Below, in pieces: positions 50,201 to 58,573 of a stretch of DNA of 64,000 nucleotides. The translations under genes were made by a program, and so were the position numbers. Source of the DNA: Corallococcus interemptor (GTDB taxonomy: Bacteria > Myxococcota > Myxococcia > Myxococcales > Myxococcaceae); assembly GCF_042231085.1 (NCBI RefSeq), contig NZ_CP102579.1; one strand, written 5' to 3'. The notes below the pieces were generated by a model that did no database searches, was not told the origin of the DNA, and saw only the letters and a list, made by a program, of their open reading frames with translations. Every line of letters begins with the position of its first letter. Position 1 is the first letter of the stretch.

Positions 50201-52527
50201 GCGAAGGCAGACTCGTCCGAGACGATCTCATCCAGGTGCTCGTATTCGACTTCAACCAGGCGGAGCTGCTCGAGGTTGGGATTGGTGTACCGCCAGCCGC
50301 GCCGTTGGTCGAACCACACACGGTAGGCGAGGACCTCGCGCAGGGACTTCTCCGCCGACAGCCGGGCGAAAGGCTTCGCTTCAGGATCCTTCATCCATTC
50401 GCCGCGCAACCCTCTGTCGTCGAGGCGATGGAAGCCCAGCGCGCGCTGCTGCGCCTCCCCGAGTTCCGCGCTCGAGAGGCCCTTTTCGCCTGCGGCTGCG
50501 AGCGCACCGAGAAAGCCCGCGCGCAAGATGCAGACGAAGAGGAAGTCGTTGAAATGGCCTGCCTGTAGCGCGGCGTCCTGCCGGTTATCAGAGAAGCCGA
50601 GCATCTTCCGGGTAAATACATCCAGGCCCGATCCAGCTCCGTGCATCCATCGCAGGGAGCTCAACGTCAACACCGTCGTCGCGGAGCTGCGCCCTTCCGC
50701 TGTCAGCGATGCCAGCCGCGTGCGGTCGCGCGAGGTACCCCCATGGACCTCCTTGCACACGACGCAGAAGCCGAAGCGGCCGGGGAGGAACCACATGGGC
50801 TGCCCTTCGGATCCCGTCTTGCCGGTAGGCGTGACGCGATGGAGTTCAAGCCTCCGATGCCGACGAGAAGCCTTGAGCGCGTTCTTGCCATCCAGCCACG
50901 ACTCTGGATAGGTCTCATCCTTGCCCTTGAAGTCCCACTCGGGGTCTTCCGTCGCATCCCGTGTCAGGAATCCGAACCGCTCTCCTTCTTCATTTTCGGC
51001 GGCGGACGTCTCCTCTTCCTCGTCGTCGTCACGGCCAGGAGGAGCATCATCGATGGAGCGGTCGATGAACTCGAGCGCCAGCCCGTCCGTCTTGAGCTTT
51101 ACCGGGTGATACTCATGGCCGCACTGGCGGCAGAAATGGACCGCATAGAGCCGCTTCTGCTCCGCCCCAGGGAGGAACTTCTGCGCATCGACCGTTACTG
51201 CCCGGGCGCCAGGCGGCTCAAGGGTCGCGTATGCGTTCGAGGCACCTGAGATGAACTGGTGGAGTTTGAAGGCGAAGAAGGGATTCGTCGCCCCCGTCTT
51301 GTCGCCGCGACGATCCTTCTCCGGCTGACTGCTCAGGAGGAGGAAGTGGCGCAGGCGCTCGCGACAGAGGCTCTCCGGGCAGCCTGACTCCTGGGCCAGG
51401 AGCTGGACCGCGGCGCTGACGGAGAGGGGCCTCGCGCGGCGCCATGTCTGGTCGTCGGGGTTGACTGTAATGCCAAGGCGGGTCTCCACCCAGATGGAGA
51501 GCGGATGGGAGGTCAACACCGAGTCACGCACGTCACGCGCGAGTGGCTGCTCGAGCGCCTTCGCGAGTGAGGGCATCAGCGCTGCCACCTGATGGGGGCC
51601 CGTCGTCTGGCGACGCAGCCACTCGGTGATGACGTGCGTCTCCGGCACCTGCGCGCCGAAGAGCTGTGAGGCGACTCGGCTCACGACGGAGCTGGTACTC
51701 CTGCCCTGCTGCAGGGAGTCCGCGCTCGCCATCGTGGCTGACGTACCGATGCACTGAAGCCCTTGCGGAGCGAGGCGTTCCCGAACGCGTCGAACGAGGA
51801 GCGCCACATCCGCCCCCTGGCGTCCACGGTAGGTATGGAGTTCATCGAGGACGAGAAAGCGCAACCCCTCGCAGTTCGCCATCACCTGCCGATCGACGGG
51901 ATCCTGCCGCGTCATCAGCAGCTCAAGCATCATGAAGTTCGTCAGGAGGATATCGGGTGGATTGCGCGCAATGGCTTCCCGCTCCTGTTGCTTTTCCGTG
52001 CCGGTATAGCGAGCGTAGGTGACCGGCGCATCGCCGGACTTGCCCAGATACTTCTCAAGTTCCTCGAGCTGCGAGTTGGCCAGGGCGTTCATCGGGTAGA
52101 TGATGATGGCGCGTGTTCTGCGAGGAGCCCCGGCGTCACGCTCCTTCAGCACGGCGCTGACGATGGGCACGAAGAAGCACAGGGATTTACCTGAGCCTGT
52201 GCCGGTGGTGACGACGTAGCTCGCCCCCGTCGTGGCCAGGATCGCCGCGAGTTCCTGGTGCTTGTGCAGCGGAAGAGGATGGCCCGCAGTCGAGCGGAAC
52301 AGGTCGGGGCACTTCGGGTGCAGGACATCGCCCTTGACCAGTTCAGCCTGCGTGCGGCCTTCCTGGTAGTGCGGGTTCAGCTGGATCAGGGGCTCCGGCC
52401 AGTAGGTCCCTGCCTCATAGAAGGCCTTGAGCTTCGTGCGCAGGTCCGCGGCGCGAATCGTGGTGAATGATGTGGCGAACCGCTCGTACTCGCCGATGAC
52501 GCTGTCCCGCAGCGCGAAAACGTCCAT
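47269..52527 (-). CDS. 1752-aa DEAD/DEAH helicase fused to DUF1998 (DrmA-DrmB fusion-like / DruE-like)
   Basis: Walker A TGTGSGKS; DEAD-like LVLDELHTYRG; TSATM; helicase C (AQRSGRAGRSG). Cys clusters CRQCGH...FCVVCKE, CRGCGAGHF...CHACRQ and C-terminal CVAACYRCLMSYYNQPDHE typical of DUF1998 zinc ribbon. Confidence 0.8.
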   Translation of the reverse strand: MDVFALRDSVIGEYERFATSFTTIRAADLRTKLKAFYEAGTYWPEPLIQLNPHYQEGRTQAELVKGDVLHPKCPDLFRSTAGHPLPLHKHQELAAILATTGASYVVTTGTGSGKSLCFFVPIVSAVLKERDAGAPRRTRAIIIYPMNALANSQLEELEKYLGKSGDAPVTYARYTGTEKQQEREAIARNPPDILLTNFMMLELLMTRQDPVDRQVMANCEGLRFLVLDELHTYRGRQGADVALLVRRVRERLAPQGLQCIGTSATMASADSLQQGRSTSSVVSRVASQLFGAQVPETHVITEWLRRQTTGPHQVAALMPSLAKALEQPLARDVRDSVLTSHPLSIWVETRLGITVNPDDQTWRRARPLSVSAAVQLLAQESGCPESLCRERLRHFLLLSSQPEKDRRGDKTGATNPFFAFKLHQFISGASNAYATLEPPGARAVTVDAQKFLPGAEQKRLYAVHFCRQCGHEYHPVKLKTDGLALEFIDRSIDDAPPGRDDDEEEETSAAENEEGERFGFLTRDATEDPEWDFKGKDETYPESWLDGKNALKASRRHRRLELHRVTPTGKTGSEGQPMWFLPGRFGFCVVCKEVHGGTSRDRTRLASLTAEGRSSATTVLTLSSLRWMHGAGSGLDVFTRKMLGFSDNRQDAALQAGHFNDFLFVCILRAGFLGALAAAGEKGLSSAELGEAQQRALGFHRLDDRGLRGEWMKDPEAKPFARLSAEKSLREVLAYRVWFDQRRGWRYTNPNLEQLRLVEVEYEHLDEIVSDESAFAHAPALLREATPDVRRGVYRVLFDHMRQWMAVESSVLNATSVEQLRANAFSQLRTPWAFGSDEKTRPSRWLMVSAPSRKGLTMRDEDLVVRGGSRSALGKALRSSRHWGGDARARTQSAADLEQIIQVLLVAARGLVIEEPTPFDGHMGWRLKDAHVRFKLGSGEDPERPDRINRFFRDLYRSLAKLLASPSHPLFGFEAREHTAQVEDARRIIREKRFRYGDKERQELAADAVTLAQLDEPKEFLPVLFCSPTMELGVDISQLNTVYLRNVPPTPANYAQRSGRAGRSGQAALVLTYCAAQSPHDQYFFRDPPGMVHGVVRPPMLELANQDLVESHLHAIWLANTARPLDDSIAKLVRLEQRPEWPLQADLTQALSAPEVTARSAEAMTRFLSMLEDELTPEAAPWFDGIEALARRTASNAFKRFDEAFRRWRGLYEAAHLQKEESRRVIDAHTSRATERRAAERRHGEAVNQLNLLDQGTDSGRSDFYTYRYLATEGFLPGYNFPRLPLMAYVPATEDGRGRQTYLQRPRFLALSEFGPRSLIYHEGRAYRVVRALLSLSHPTGGADARLPTLSVRLCRGCGAGHFSVDPSVCHACRQPLGDALHVREVFRIDNVGTKRAERITANDEERQRQGFDLQTTFAWADREGRPDVREGVARHASGGLLWLTYGPSATITRLNLGLRRRARRSEHGFTIDPVSGDWEKGGDEEKDGNDVGNPRQRIVPMVQDRKNALLVRPAAALDERSMATLQYALLRGLQAHFQLEEAEVLGEPMPNRDDRRGIFFYEATEGGAGVLTQVLAQPEALAVVARRALEVMHFDLEQGVPAAAAELKDKAGTHCVAACYRCLMSYYNQPDHEQIDRRDVPVRELLLRLARGVTELREPIPVTPAELLGGGPRVRFLHRLDRKGLPRPEATDWEGADFVWKQDRVVVCLGAPAPSLLERFDALSLTSLVFGDEEQEWAGRFVELSKALGKG

Positions 52528-52740
52528 GCGTCCCAGTCTCCCCTCAAGAGCCCCTGGAGGCTATCGCTCGCCATGAAGGCCGCCCAGCAGTCAAATGCAG
52601 AAGACTGGATTCGAGCCATGGCAGGCCGCACGCTGAGTGTGCCCGACCAGAAGCGTCATCAGCGGAGAAGGGGTATTGCGCGGCTGAATCTGGGTCGGAG
52701 GGCGTCGTGTGCGCCCCCTGTTGAACCGCGAATGCCGCAC

Positions 52741-52766
52741 TGTGCTCCTTCAGGGAAAGGAGCACA
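52741..52766. terminator. Perfect 10-bp stem / 6-nt loop hairpin 18 nt downstream of the 268-aa gene stop (no U-tract)
   Basis: tgtgctcctt-caggga-aaggagcaca. Confidence 0.35.
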
Positions 52767-52783
52767 GGACAAACAGGAGGCGC

Positions 52784-53473
52784 TCAGCCCCGGGCGGCGC
52801 GGGCGTCACGGCCCCGGGCTCGGGCGGCTTTGGAGAGCAGGTCGCTCCCCTTCTCCTCGCCCTTCATCCATTCCTTCATCGCGGGCACCACCTGCTTGCT
52901 CCAGGCGCGGCCGGCGCGCACGGCCAGGAAGTCCTGCACCAGCGCGTCCACGATGGCGGAGAGCTTCTCGGTCAACTCCAGACGCTCGGAGAGCTGATCA
53001 TCCTCTTCCTCCGTCATGAGCGCGGGCAGCTTGGCGGCGCGGATGTCCAGGAACTCCGAATCCAGGGTGACTTCGTACTCGCGCTCGCCGTGCGACAGGC
53101 GCAGCCGCGCCTGCGACACCAGCAGGCCCCGGTCCAGCGAGTGGCGCACGTTCTCCGAATACGGCGCCAGCGTTCCCTTGGCGCTCATCTCCGTGACGTC
53201 GCCCGCCACGCCCCGCAGCACCACCTTGCCCAGGAAGAGGACGACGACACCCGCGCCGTCGTGCTCGACCAGCGGGTCGCCCGACTCCGAGCGCCACAAC
53301 AGCCACGTCATGAACTCGCGGCCCAGGTAGGCCCGGCCGCGCAGGAGCTGTTCGCGCGCCTTGCCCTTTTCGACCTCGGCCTCGTCCTTCTCCTCCTCCG
53401 TGGCGGCGCCGTCCACGCCGACATCGCCCCGCGCGAACGCCGCCTCTTCCCTCGCCTGCTCACGCCTCGCCAT
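52784..53473 (-). CDS. Hypothetical protein (Glu-rich N-terminus; 3' end forms island-flanking repeat)
   Basis: ORF, ATG at 53473; no recognised domain. Confidence 0.5.
   Translation of the reverse strand: MARREQAREEAAFARGDVGVDGAATEEEKDEAEVEKGKAREQLLRGRAYLGREFMTWLLWRSESGDPLVEHDGAGVVVLFLGKVVLRGVAGDVTEMSAKGTLAPYSENVRHSLDRGLLVSQARLRLSHGEREYEVTLDSEFLDIRAAKLPALMTEEEDDQLSERLELTEKLSAIVDALVQDFLAVRAGRAWSKQVVPAMKEWMKGEEKGSDLLSKAARARGRDARAARG
52790..52870. repeat. Direct repeat copy B (inside 3' end of 268-aa gene)
   Basis: See copy A. Encodes C-terminal ...KGEEKGSDLLSKAARARGRDARAARG. Confidence 0.7.
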
Positions 53474-54110
53474 GGGCGCCCTCCACCGAAGCCGTCGCCG
53501 GCAGGTCCATGCCAATGAGCTCCGCCGTGGGGCCCAGGGCCTTCTCGTCGATGCCCGCGCGCTGCGCCATGGACGCGGGAGTGATGCCAATCACCTTCAC
53601 CGCCAGGGCGCCTTCCAGCGCCACGCAGATCTCATCCACCGTCTTGCGCGACGCGGCCCAGACCTGCACCGTGTGCGTCTTCAGGTTCCACGTCACGTCC
53701 AGCGTGCTGGTGCGCGGCACCGCGCGCTGACGCAGGAGCTGCTTGAGCTCCGCGCGCTGCTTGTTCTTCTCCGCGCGCGCGGGCGGCCGGCCGTTCTCCT
53801 TGGCGAAGGCGGCGGACCACTTGTCCAGCTCCGACTTCATCATCGACGCGGGCACCTTCAGCGTGTCGATGCGGAAGGCGAAGAGGGCGTACTCGCCATA
53901 GAAGAGGTTGCCGGTGGCGAACTCGGAGGACTCCGGGTTCTCCAGCTCGACAAACCCCGCGGCGCGCTCCTCCTCGGAGCGGCGGTCGATGGGCTCGAAT
54001 GCATGGGACTTGAGTCCCTTGGTCATCCAGCGCTTGACGTCGGACGGCGCATCCTTGGCCGGCTCGGTCCGGAAGCGCGAAAAGGTCACGGCACCACGTA
54101 GGACAGGCAT
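53460..54110 (-). CDS. Hypothetical protein, weakly RdgC-like N-terminal region
   Basis: MPVLRGAVTFSRFRTE...FEPID resembles RdgC N-terminus; low certainty. Confidence 0.4.
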   Translation of the reverse strand: MPVLRGAVTFSRFRTEPAKDAPSDVKRWMTKGLKSHAFEPIDRRSEEERAAGFVELENPESSEFATGNLFYGEYALFAFRIDTLKVPASMMKSELDKWSAAFAKENGRPPARAEKNKQRAELKQLLRQRAVPRTSTLDVTWNLKTHTVQVWAASRKTVDEICVALEGALAVKVIGITPASMAQRAGIDEKALGPTAELIGMDLPATASVEGAHGEA

Positions 54111-54261
54111 GGGGCGCGGCAGGATGGGGGGCCTGTGACGCCGCGTCAAGGCACTCGGTGTGGCTGGACGCGAAGCACCGGGAATAGGTCGCGCCAGAAG
54201 CCGTTTGCCCGGGCGCCGTCCAACCGTGCACGTCTCCGCCCCACCCCGCTGGCGGGAATCC

Positions 54262-55788
54262 ATGACACTCCCTGGCACGCGACATACGGTGGCCGCCGCC
54301 ATGCGCCGCGCCCTCCTGCCCGCCAGCGTCGTTGCCCTCCTCCTGTCCGCCTGCACCCACACGCCCGCCACGCCGGGCGGCGCCCCGCGCGACACCCTGC
54401 CCGGGGTGACGAAGGCCCTGCTGGAGACCCTGGAGGCGGACGGCGCGCTCGCGGGCGCGTACGTGGTGGACGCGCGCACCGGCGAGCCCCTCTTCACCCA
54501 CCGCGAGAACGTGCGGCTGTTGCCCGCGTCCACCATGAAGGTGGTGTCCACCTCCGCCGCGCTGTCCGCGCTGGGGGCGGACTTCCGCTTCACGACGCCG
54601 GTGTTCCTGGAGGGCTCGCAGACAGGAGGCCTGTTCCTGGGCGACGTGGTGGCGCAGGCGTCCGGGGACCCGTCGCTGGGCTCGTGGCGCTTCCCGGAGA
54701 CGGCGCTCGCGTGCGACCGCATCGCGGAGGCCTTCCAGGCGCGCGGCATCCACCAGTGGCGCGGCAACGTGCGCATCTCCGGCACGGACGGCCTGGACGG
54801 CGGCATGGGGCCGGGCTGGGCCTGGGATGACGCGGCGTACGCCTACAGCGCGCCGCCCACGCCCTTCGTCTTCCGCGAGAACGTGGTGGACCTGGCGCTG
54901 GCGCGCGCCCCCGGCGCCACCTGCGCGGACGCGCCCTCCGTCCAGTGGACCCCCGCCTTCGCCACGCTGTCCGCGGTGGTGAACGTGGACGTCAACGCCG
55001 AGCGCGCGAACCTGGCCTGCGTGCGCGGAGGCGGCGGAGTGCGCTGCACGTGGCGTTCGCCCACGGGCGGGCCCTGCCCCCAGTCCGCCGCCGTGAAGCT
55101 GTCCGTGGACGCGCCGGAGGCCCTCTTCGCCGCGTGCGTGGACGACGCGCTGGCGCGGCACGGAGTCACGCGGCTGCCGCTGTCCCTGGAGGCCCCCACC
55201 CCGCCCCTGCCCCCCATGCCGTCACCGCTGGTGGAGCTGATCAGCCCGCCCCTGTCGGAGCTGGTGCGCGCGACCAACAAGGAGAGCCTCAACCTGTACG
55301 CGGAGCGGCTGGGCATGCGCTTCGCCCGCGAGCGCACCGGCCAGGAGGGCTACACCGCGCTGCGCACGGCCCTGGTGGCGGAGCTGGCGCGCCGGGGCGT
55401 GCCCACCAAGGACCTGCGTCCGGTGGATGGCAGCGGCCTGTCCCGCTACAACCTGGCCACGCCCCGGGGCATGGCGCGCGTGCTGCTCACCAGCCTCCAG
55501 GAGCCGTATGGCGCCGCGCTGGTGGACAGCCTGCCGGTGCTGGGCGTGGACGGGACGCTGGCGGGCCGCAAGACGACGGCGTCCACCTCGGGCCGCCTCC
55601 GCGCGAAGACGGGCACGCTCACGGGCCAGAAGTGCTTCGTGGGCGTGGCGGAGCGGCCGAACGACACGGAGCACCCGCGCGTCGTCTTCGCGTTGATGCT
55701 CGGCAACATGGACGAGGGCACCAGGCCCAACGCCAACGAGACCTTCGACACCTTCTCCACCGCCCTGGTGGAGCTGCCCCTGCGCTGA
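54262..55788 (+). CDS. dacB: D-alanyl-D-alanine carboxypeptidase/endopeptidase (PBP4, S13), lipoprotein
   Basis: SxxK (STMK), SxN, KTG (RAKTGTL). Lipobox LLSAC; start may be ATG 54301. Confidence 0.85.
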   Translation: MTLPGTRHTVAAAMRRALLPASVVALLLSACTHTPATPGGAPRDTLPGVTKALLETLEADGALAGAYVVDARTGEPLFTHRENVRLLPASTMKVVSTSAALSALGADFRFTTPVFLEGSQTGGLFLGDVVAQASGDPSLGSWRFPETALACDRIAEAFQARGIHQWRGNVRISGTDGLDGGMGPGWAWDDAAYAYSAPPTPFVFRENVVDLALARAPGATCADAPSVQWTPAFATLSAVVNVDVNAERANLACVRGGGGVRCTWRSPTGGPCPQSAAVKLSVDAPEALFAACVDDALARHGVTRLPLSLEAPTPPLPPMPSPLVELISPPLSELVRATNKESLNLYAERLGMRFARERTGQEGYTALRTALVAELARRGVPTKDLRPVDGSGLSRYNLATPRGMARVLLTSLQEPYGAALVDSLPVLGVDGTLAGRKTTASTSGRLRAKTGTLTGQKCFVGVAERPNDTEHPRVVFALMLGNMDEGTRPNANETFDTFSTALVELPLR

Positions 55789-55825
55789 GCGTCCCGCAGG
55801 GAACCACCCGCATGCGAGGTGAACC

Positions 55826-58006
55826 ATGAAGTCCAGAATCGCAGTGACGACCGCCGCGCTGCTCTTGCCGCTCGTGTCCGGAGCGGCGGGCAAGGCGCCC
55901 GCGAAGCCCGCCGCCGCGGAGAAGAAGCCCGTGGAGGCCACCTACCACGGCACCACCGTAACGGACCCGTACCAGTGGATGGAGTCCGCGACCGACCCCC
56001 AGGTGCAGCAGTGGACCGACGCGCAGAACGCGTACACGCGCGCGTACCTGGACAAGCTCCCGGGCCGCGAGCCCCTGCGCCAGCGCATCTCGGAGCTCCT
56101 GTCCTGGAAGTCGCCCTCCTACGGCGGCCTGGACGAACAGGGCGGCACGCTCCTGGGGCTGAAGTTCCAGCCGCCCAAGCAGCAGCCCACGCTCATCGTG
56201 GTGGGTTCGCTGGACGACACGTCGAAGGAGCGCGTGCTGGTGGACCCCACGGTCGTGGACACGTCCGGCAAGACGACCATCGACTGGTTCCAGTTGTCGC
56301 ACGACGGCAAGAAGGTCGCCGTGTCCATGTCCAAGGGCGGCACGGAGAGCGGTGACGTGACGGTGTGGGACGTGGCGTCCGCGAAGGCGATGCCCAACGA
56401 GCTGGTCCCTCGCGTCAACGGCGGCACGGCGGGCGGCAGCCTGGCGTGGAACGCGCAGGGCACGGGCTTCTTCTACACGCGCTATCCGCGCGGCGAGGAG
56501 CGCCCGCCGGTGGACCGCGAGGTGTACCAGCAGGTGTACTTCCACGCGCTGGGCACGCCCACGGAGAAGGACACGTACGCGCTGGGCAAGGACTTCCCGC
56601 GCATCGCGATGACGGACCTGGAGTCCAGCGACGACGGTCAGTACACCTTCGCGCGCGTGGCCAACGGCGACGGCGGCGAGTTCGACCTGTACCTGCACGG
56701 CCCCAAGGGCACGTGGACGCAGGTGGCGAAGTACGCGGACAAGGTGGTGGCGGCGCGCTTCGGCAGCGACGGCGCGGCGTACCTGCTCAGCCGCAAGGAC
56801 GCGTCGCGCGGCAAGGTGCTGCGCCTGCCGCTGGCCACGCCCACGCTGGACAAGGCGACCGTGGTCGTCCCCGAGGGCAAGGCGACGGTGCAGGCCGTGG
56901 TGCCGACGAAGAGCCGCCTGTACCTGCTGGAGCAGTTGGGGGGCCCCTCGCAGTTGCGCATGGTGGACCTGACGGGCAAGGAGCTGGGGCTGGTGCCCAC
57001 GCTGCCGGTGTCGGCGGTGGGCGGCCTGGTGCGCCAGGGCGCGGACGACCTGCTCATCGTCAACGGGAGCTTCACCCAGCCGGCCGCGTGGTTCCGCTAC
57101 TCGGCGGCGGACAACAAGCTCACGAAGACGGCGCTGGCGCGCACGGCGCCCATCGACATGAGCGACGTGGAGGTGGTGCGCACGGAGGCCACCTCGAAGG
57201 ACGGCACCCAGGTGCCGCTCACCATCCTGAAGAAGAAGGGCACGAAGCTGAACGGGAACAACCCCACGCTGCTCACCGGCTACGGCGGCTTCAACGTGTC
57301 CATCAACCCGGGCTACAGCCCGCTGACGGGCATGTGGCTGGAGCAGGGCGGCGTGTTCGCGGTGGCGAACCTGCGCGGCGGTTCCGAGTTCGGCGAGGAG
57401 TGGCACAAGGCCGGCTCGCTCACGAACAAGCAGAACGTGTTCGACGACTTCTACGCGTGCGCGAAGCTGCTGGTGGCCCAGAAGTACACGCAGCCGAAGA
57501 AGCTGGCCATCCAGGGCGGCAGCAACGGCGGCCTGCTGATGGGCGCGGCCCTGACGCAGCACCCGGAGCAGTACGGCGCGGTGGTGGCGCGCGTGGGCAT
57601 CTACGACATGCTGCGCACGGAGCTGACGCCCAACGGCCAGTTCAACGTCACGGAGTACGGCTCGGTGAAGGACCCGGAGCAGTTCAAGGCGCTGTATGGC
57701 TATTCGCCGGTGCACCGCGTGAAGGACGGGACGAAGTACCCGCCGGTGCTCTTCACCTCCGGGGCCAATGACCCGCGCGTGGATCCGTTCCACTCGCGCA
57801 AGATGGTGGCCCGGATGCAGGCGGCGTCGGCGTCCCCCAAGCCCATCCTGCTGCGCGCCAACGCGGAGACGGGCCACGGCATGGGCACGCCGCTGTCCGC
57901 GCGCATCGAGGAGGAGGTGGACGTCTACTCCTTCGTCTTCAACGAGCTGGGCATGACGTACAAGCCCAACGCGACGAAGAAGGTCTCCGCGCCCTCGCCG
58001 CAGTAG
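55826..58006 (+). CDS. Prolyl oligopeptidase family S9A serine peptidase (secreted)
   Basis: Signal peptide; beta-propeller N-domain; catalytic GGSNGGLL, Asp/His in C-terminal (ANDPRVDP, ETGHGMG). Confidence 0.85.
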   Translation: MKSRIAVTTAALLLPLVSGAAGKAPAKPAAAEKKPVEATYHGTTVTDPYQWMESATDPQVQQWTDAQNAYTRAYLDKLPGREPLRQRISELLSWKSPSYGGLDEQGGTLLGLKFQPPKQQPTLIVVGSLDDTSKERVLVDPTVVDTSGKTTIDWFQLSHDGKKVAVSMSKGGTESGDVTVWDVASAKAMPNELVPRVNGGTAGGSLAWNAQGTGFFYTRYPRGEERPPVDREVYQQVYFHALGTPTEKDTYALGKDFPRIAMTDLESSDDGQYTFARVANGDGGEFDLYLHGPKGTWTQVAKYADKVVAARFGSDGAAYLLSRKDASRGKVLRLPLATPTLDKATVVVPEGKATVQAVVPTKSRLYLLEQLGGPSQLRMVDLTGKELGLVPTLPVSAVGGLVRQGADDLLIVNGSFTQPAAWFRYSAADNKLTKTALARTAPIDMSDVEVVRTEATSKDGTQVPLTILKKKGTKLNGNNPTLLTGYGGFNVSINPGYSPLTGMWLEQGGVFAVANLRGGSEFGEEWHKAGSLTNKQNVFDDFYACAKLLVAQKYTQPKKLAIQGGSNGGLLMGAALTQHPEQYGAVVARVGIYDMLRTELTPNGQFNVTEYGSVKDPEQFKALYGYSPVHRVKDGTKYPPVLFTSGANDPRVDPFHSRKMVARMQAASASPKPILLRANAETGHGMGTPLSARIEEEVDVYSFVFNELGMTYKPNATKKVSAPSPQ

Positions 58007-58094
58007 CCGTGCTTCTCCTCACGCCCGTCTCCGGAGCCCCGAGGCCTGGAGACGGGCGTTTCTTCTTCCGCGTTTCGTGGCAGCCTGCCGCCCC

Positions 58095-58517
58095 ATGAGC
58101 CCGCTCATCCCCTACTTCGTTCTGTCGCCCATCGTCGCGGGCGGCCTGGTCTGGTGGTCGCTCACCCGCCTTGGCAAGAAGCGGAACGCGCGCGCGAAGG
58201 GCTCGCTGGACGCGGTGGTGACGCGGCTGCGCGGGCAGAAGGCCCCGGGCGCGGTGGACCTCTTCGTCCAGGACGTGTCCTGGTCCGGGGAGACGGAGCT
58301 GTCCCCGCAGAACTGCCGCATCCGCGTGGTGATGGGCGGCCGTGACGCCGCCGGCATCCCCCCTCGCTTCGAGGTGGAGAGCGCGCCGGGAGCGCCCCGC
58401 CCGCCCGCGGACGTGCTCGCGGCGCTGCGCGTGCTGGATGCGCAGGCGACGGAAGCGTTGAAGGGCGGCGGCTGGAGCTGGCAGCGGCCCACGGTGAGCT
58501 TCGAACCGGCGGCGTAG
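58095..58517 (+). CDS. Hypothetical membrane-anchored protein
   Basis: N-terminal TM helix (LIPYFVLSPIVAGGLVWWSL). Confidence 0.45.
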   Translation: MSPLIPYFVLSPIVAGGLVWWSLTRLGKKRNARAKGSLDAVVTRLRGQKAPGAVDLFVQDVSWSGETELSPQNCRIRVVMGGRDAAGIPPRFEVESAPGAPRPPADVLAALRVLDAQATEALKGGGWSWQRPTVSFEPAA

Positions 58518-58573
58518 CCCCGCGAACGCAAGGCCGGCGATTCGGATGACGGGGCGAGGAGCACGGTGCCAGC

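Noticed and set aside
45370-50568. Plus-strand ORFs 45370..47355, 47491..48864, 48880..50568 inside the defence locus
   Set aside because: They are antisense to the SNF2 and helicase-DUF1998 genes, which have clear Walker/DEAH/helicase-C motifs. They lack domains and RBSs.
55619-57877. 752-aa antisense ORF opposite the prolyl oligopeptidase
   Set aside because: The plus strand encodes a canonical S9A peptidase with catalytic GGSNGG. The antisense product is low-complexity.
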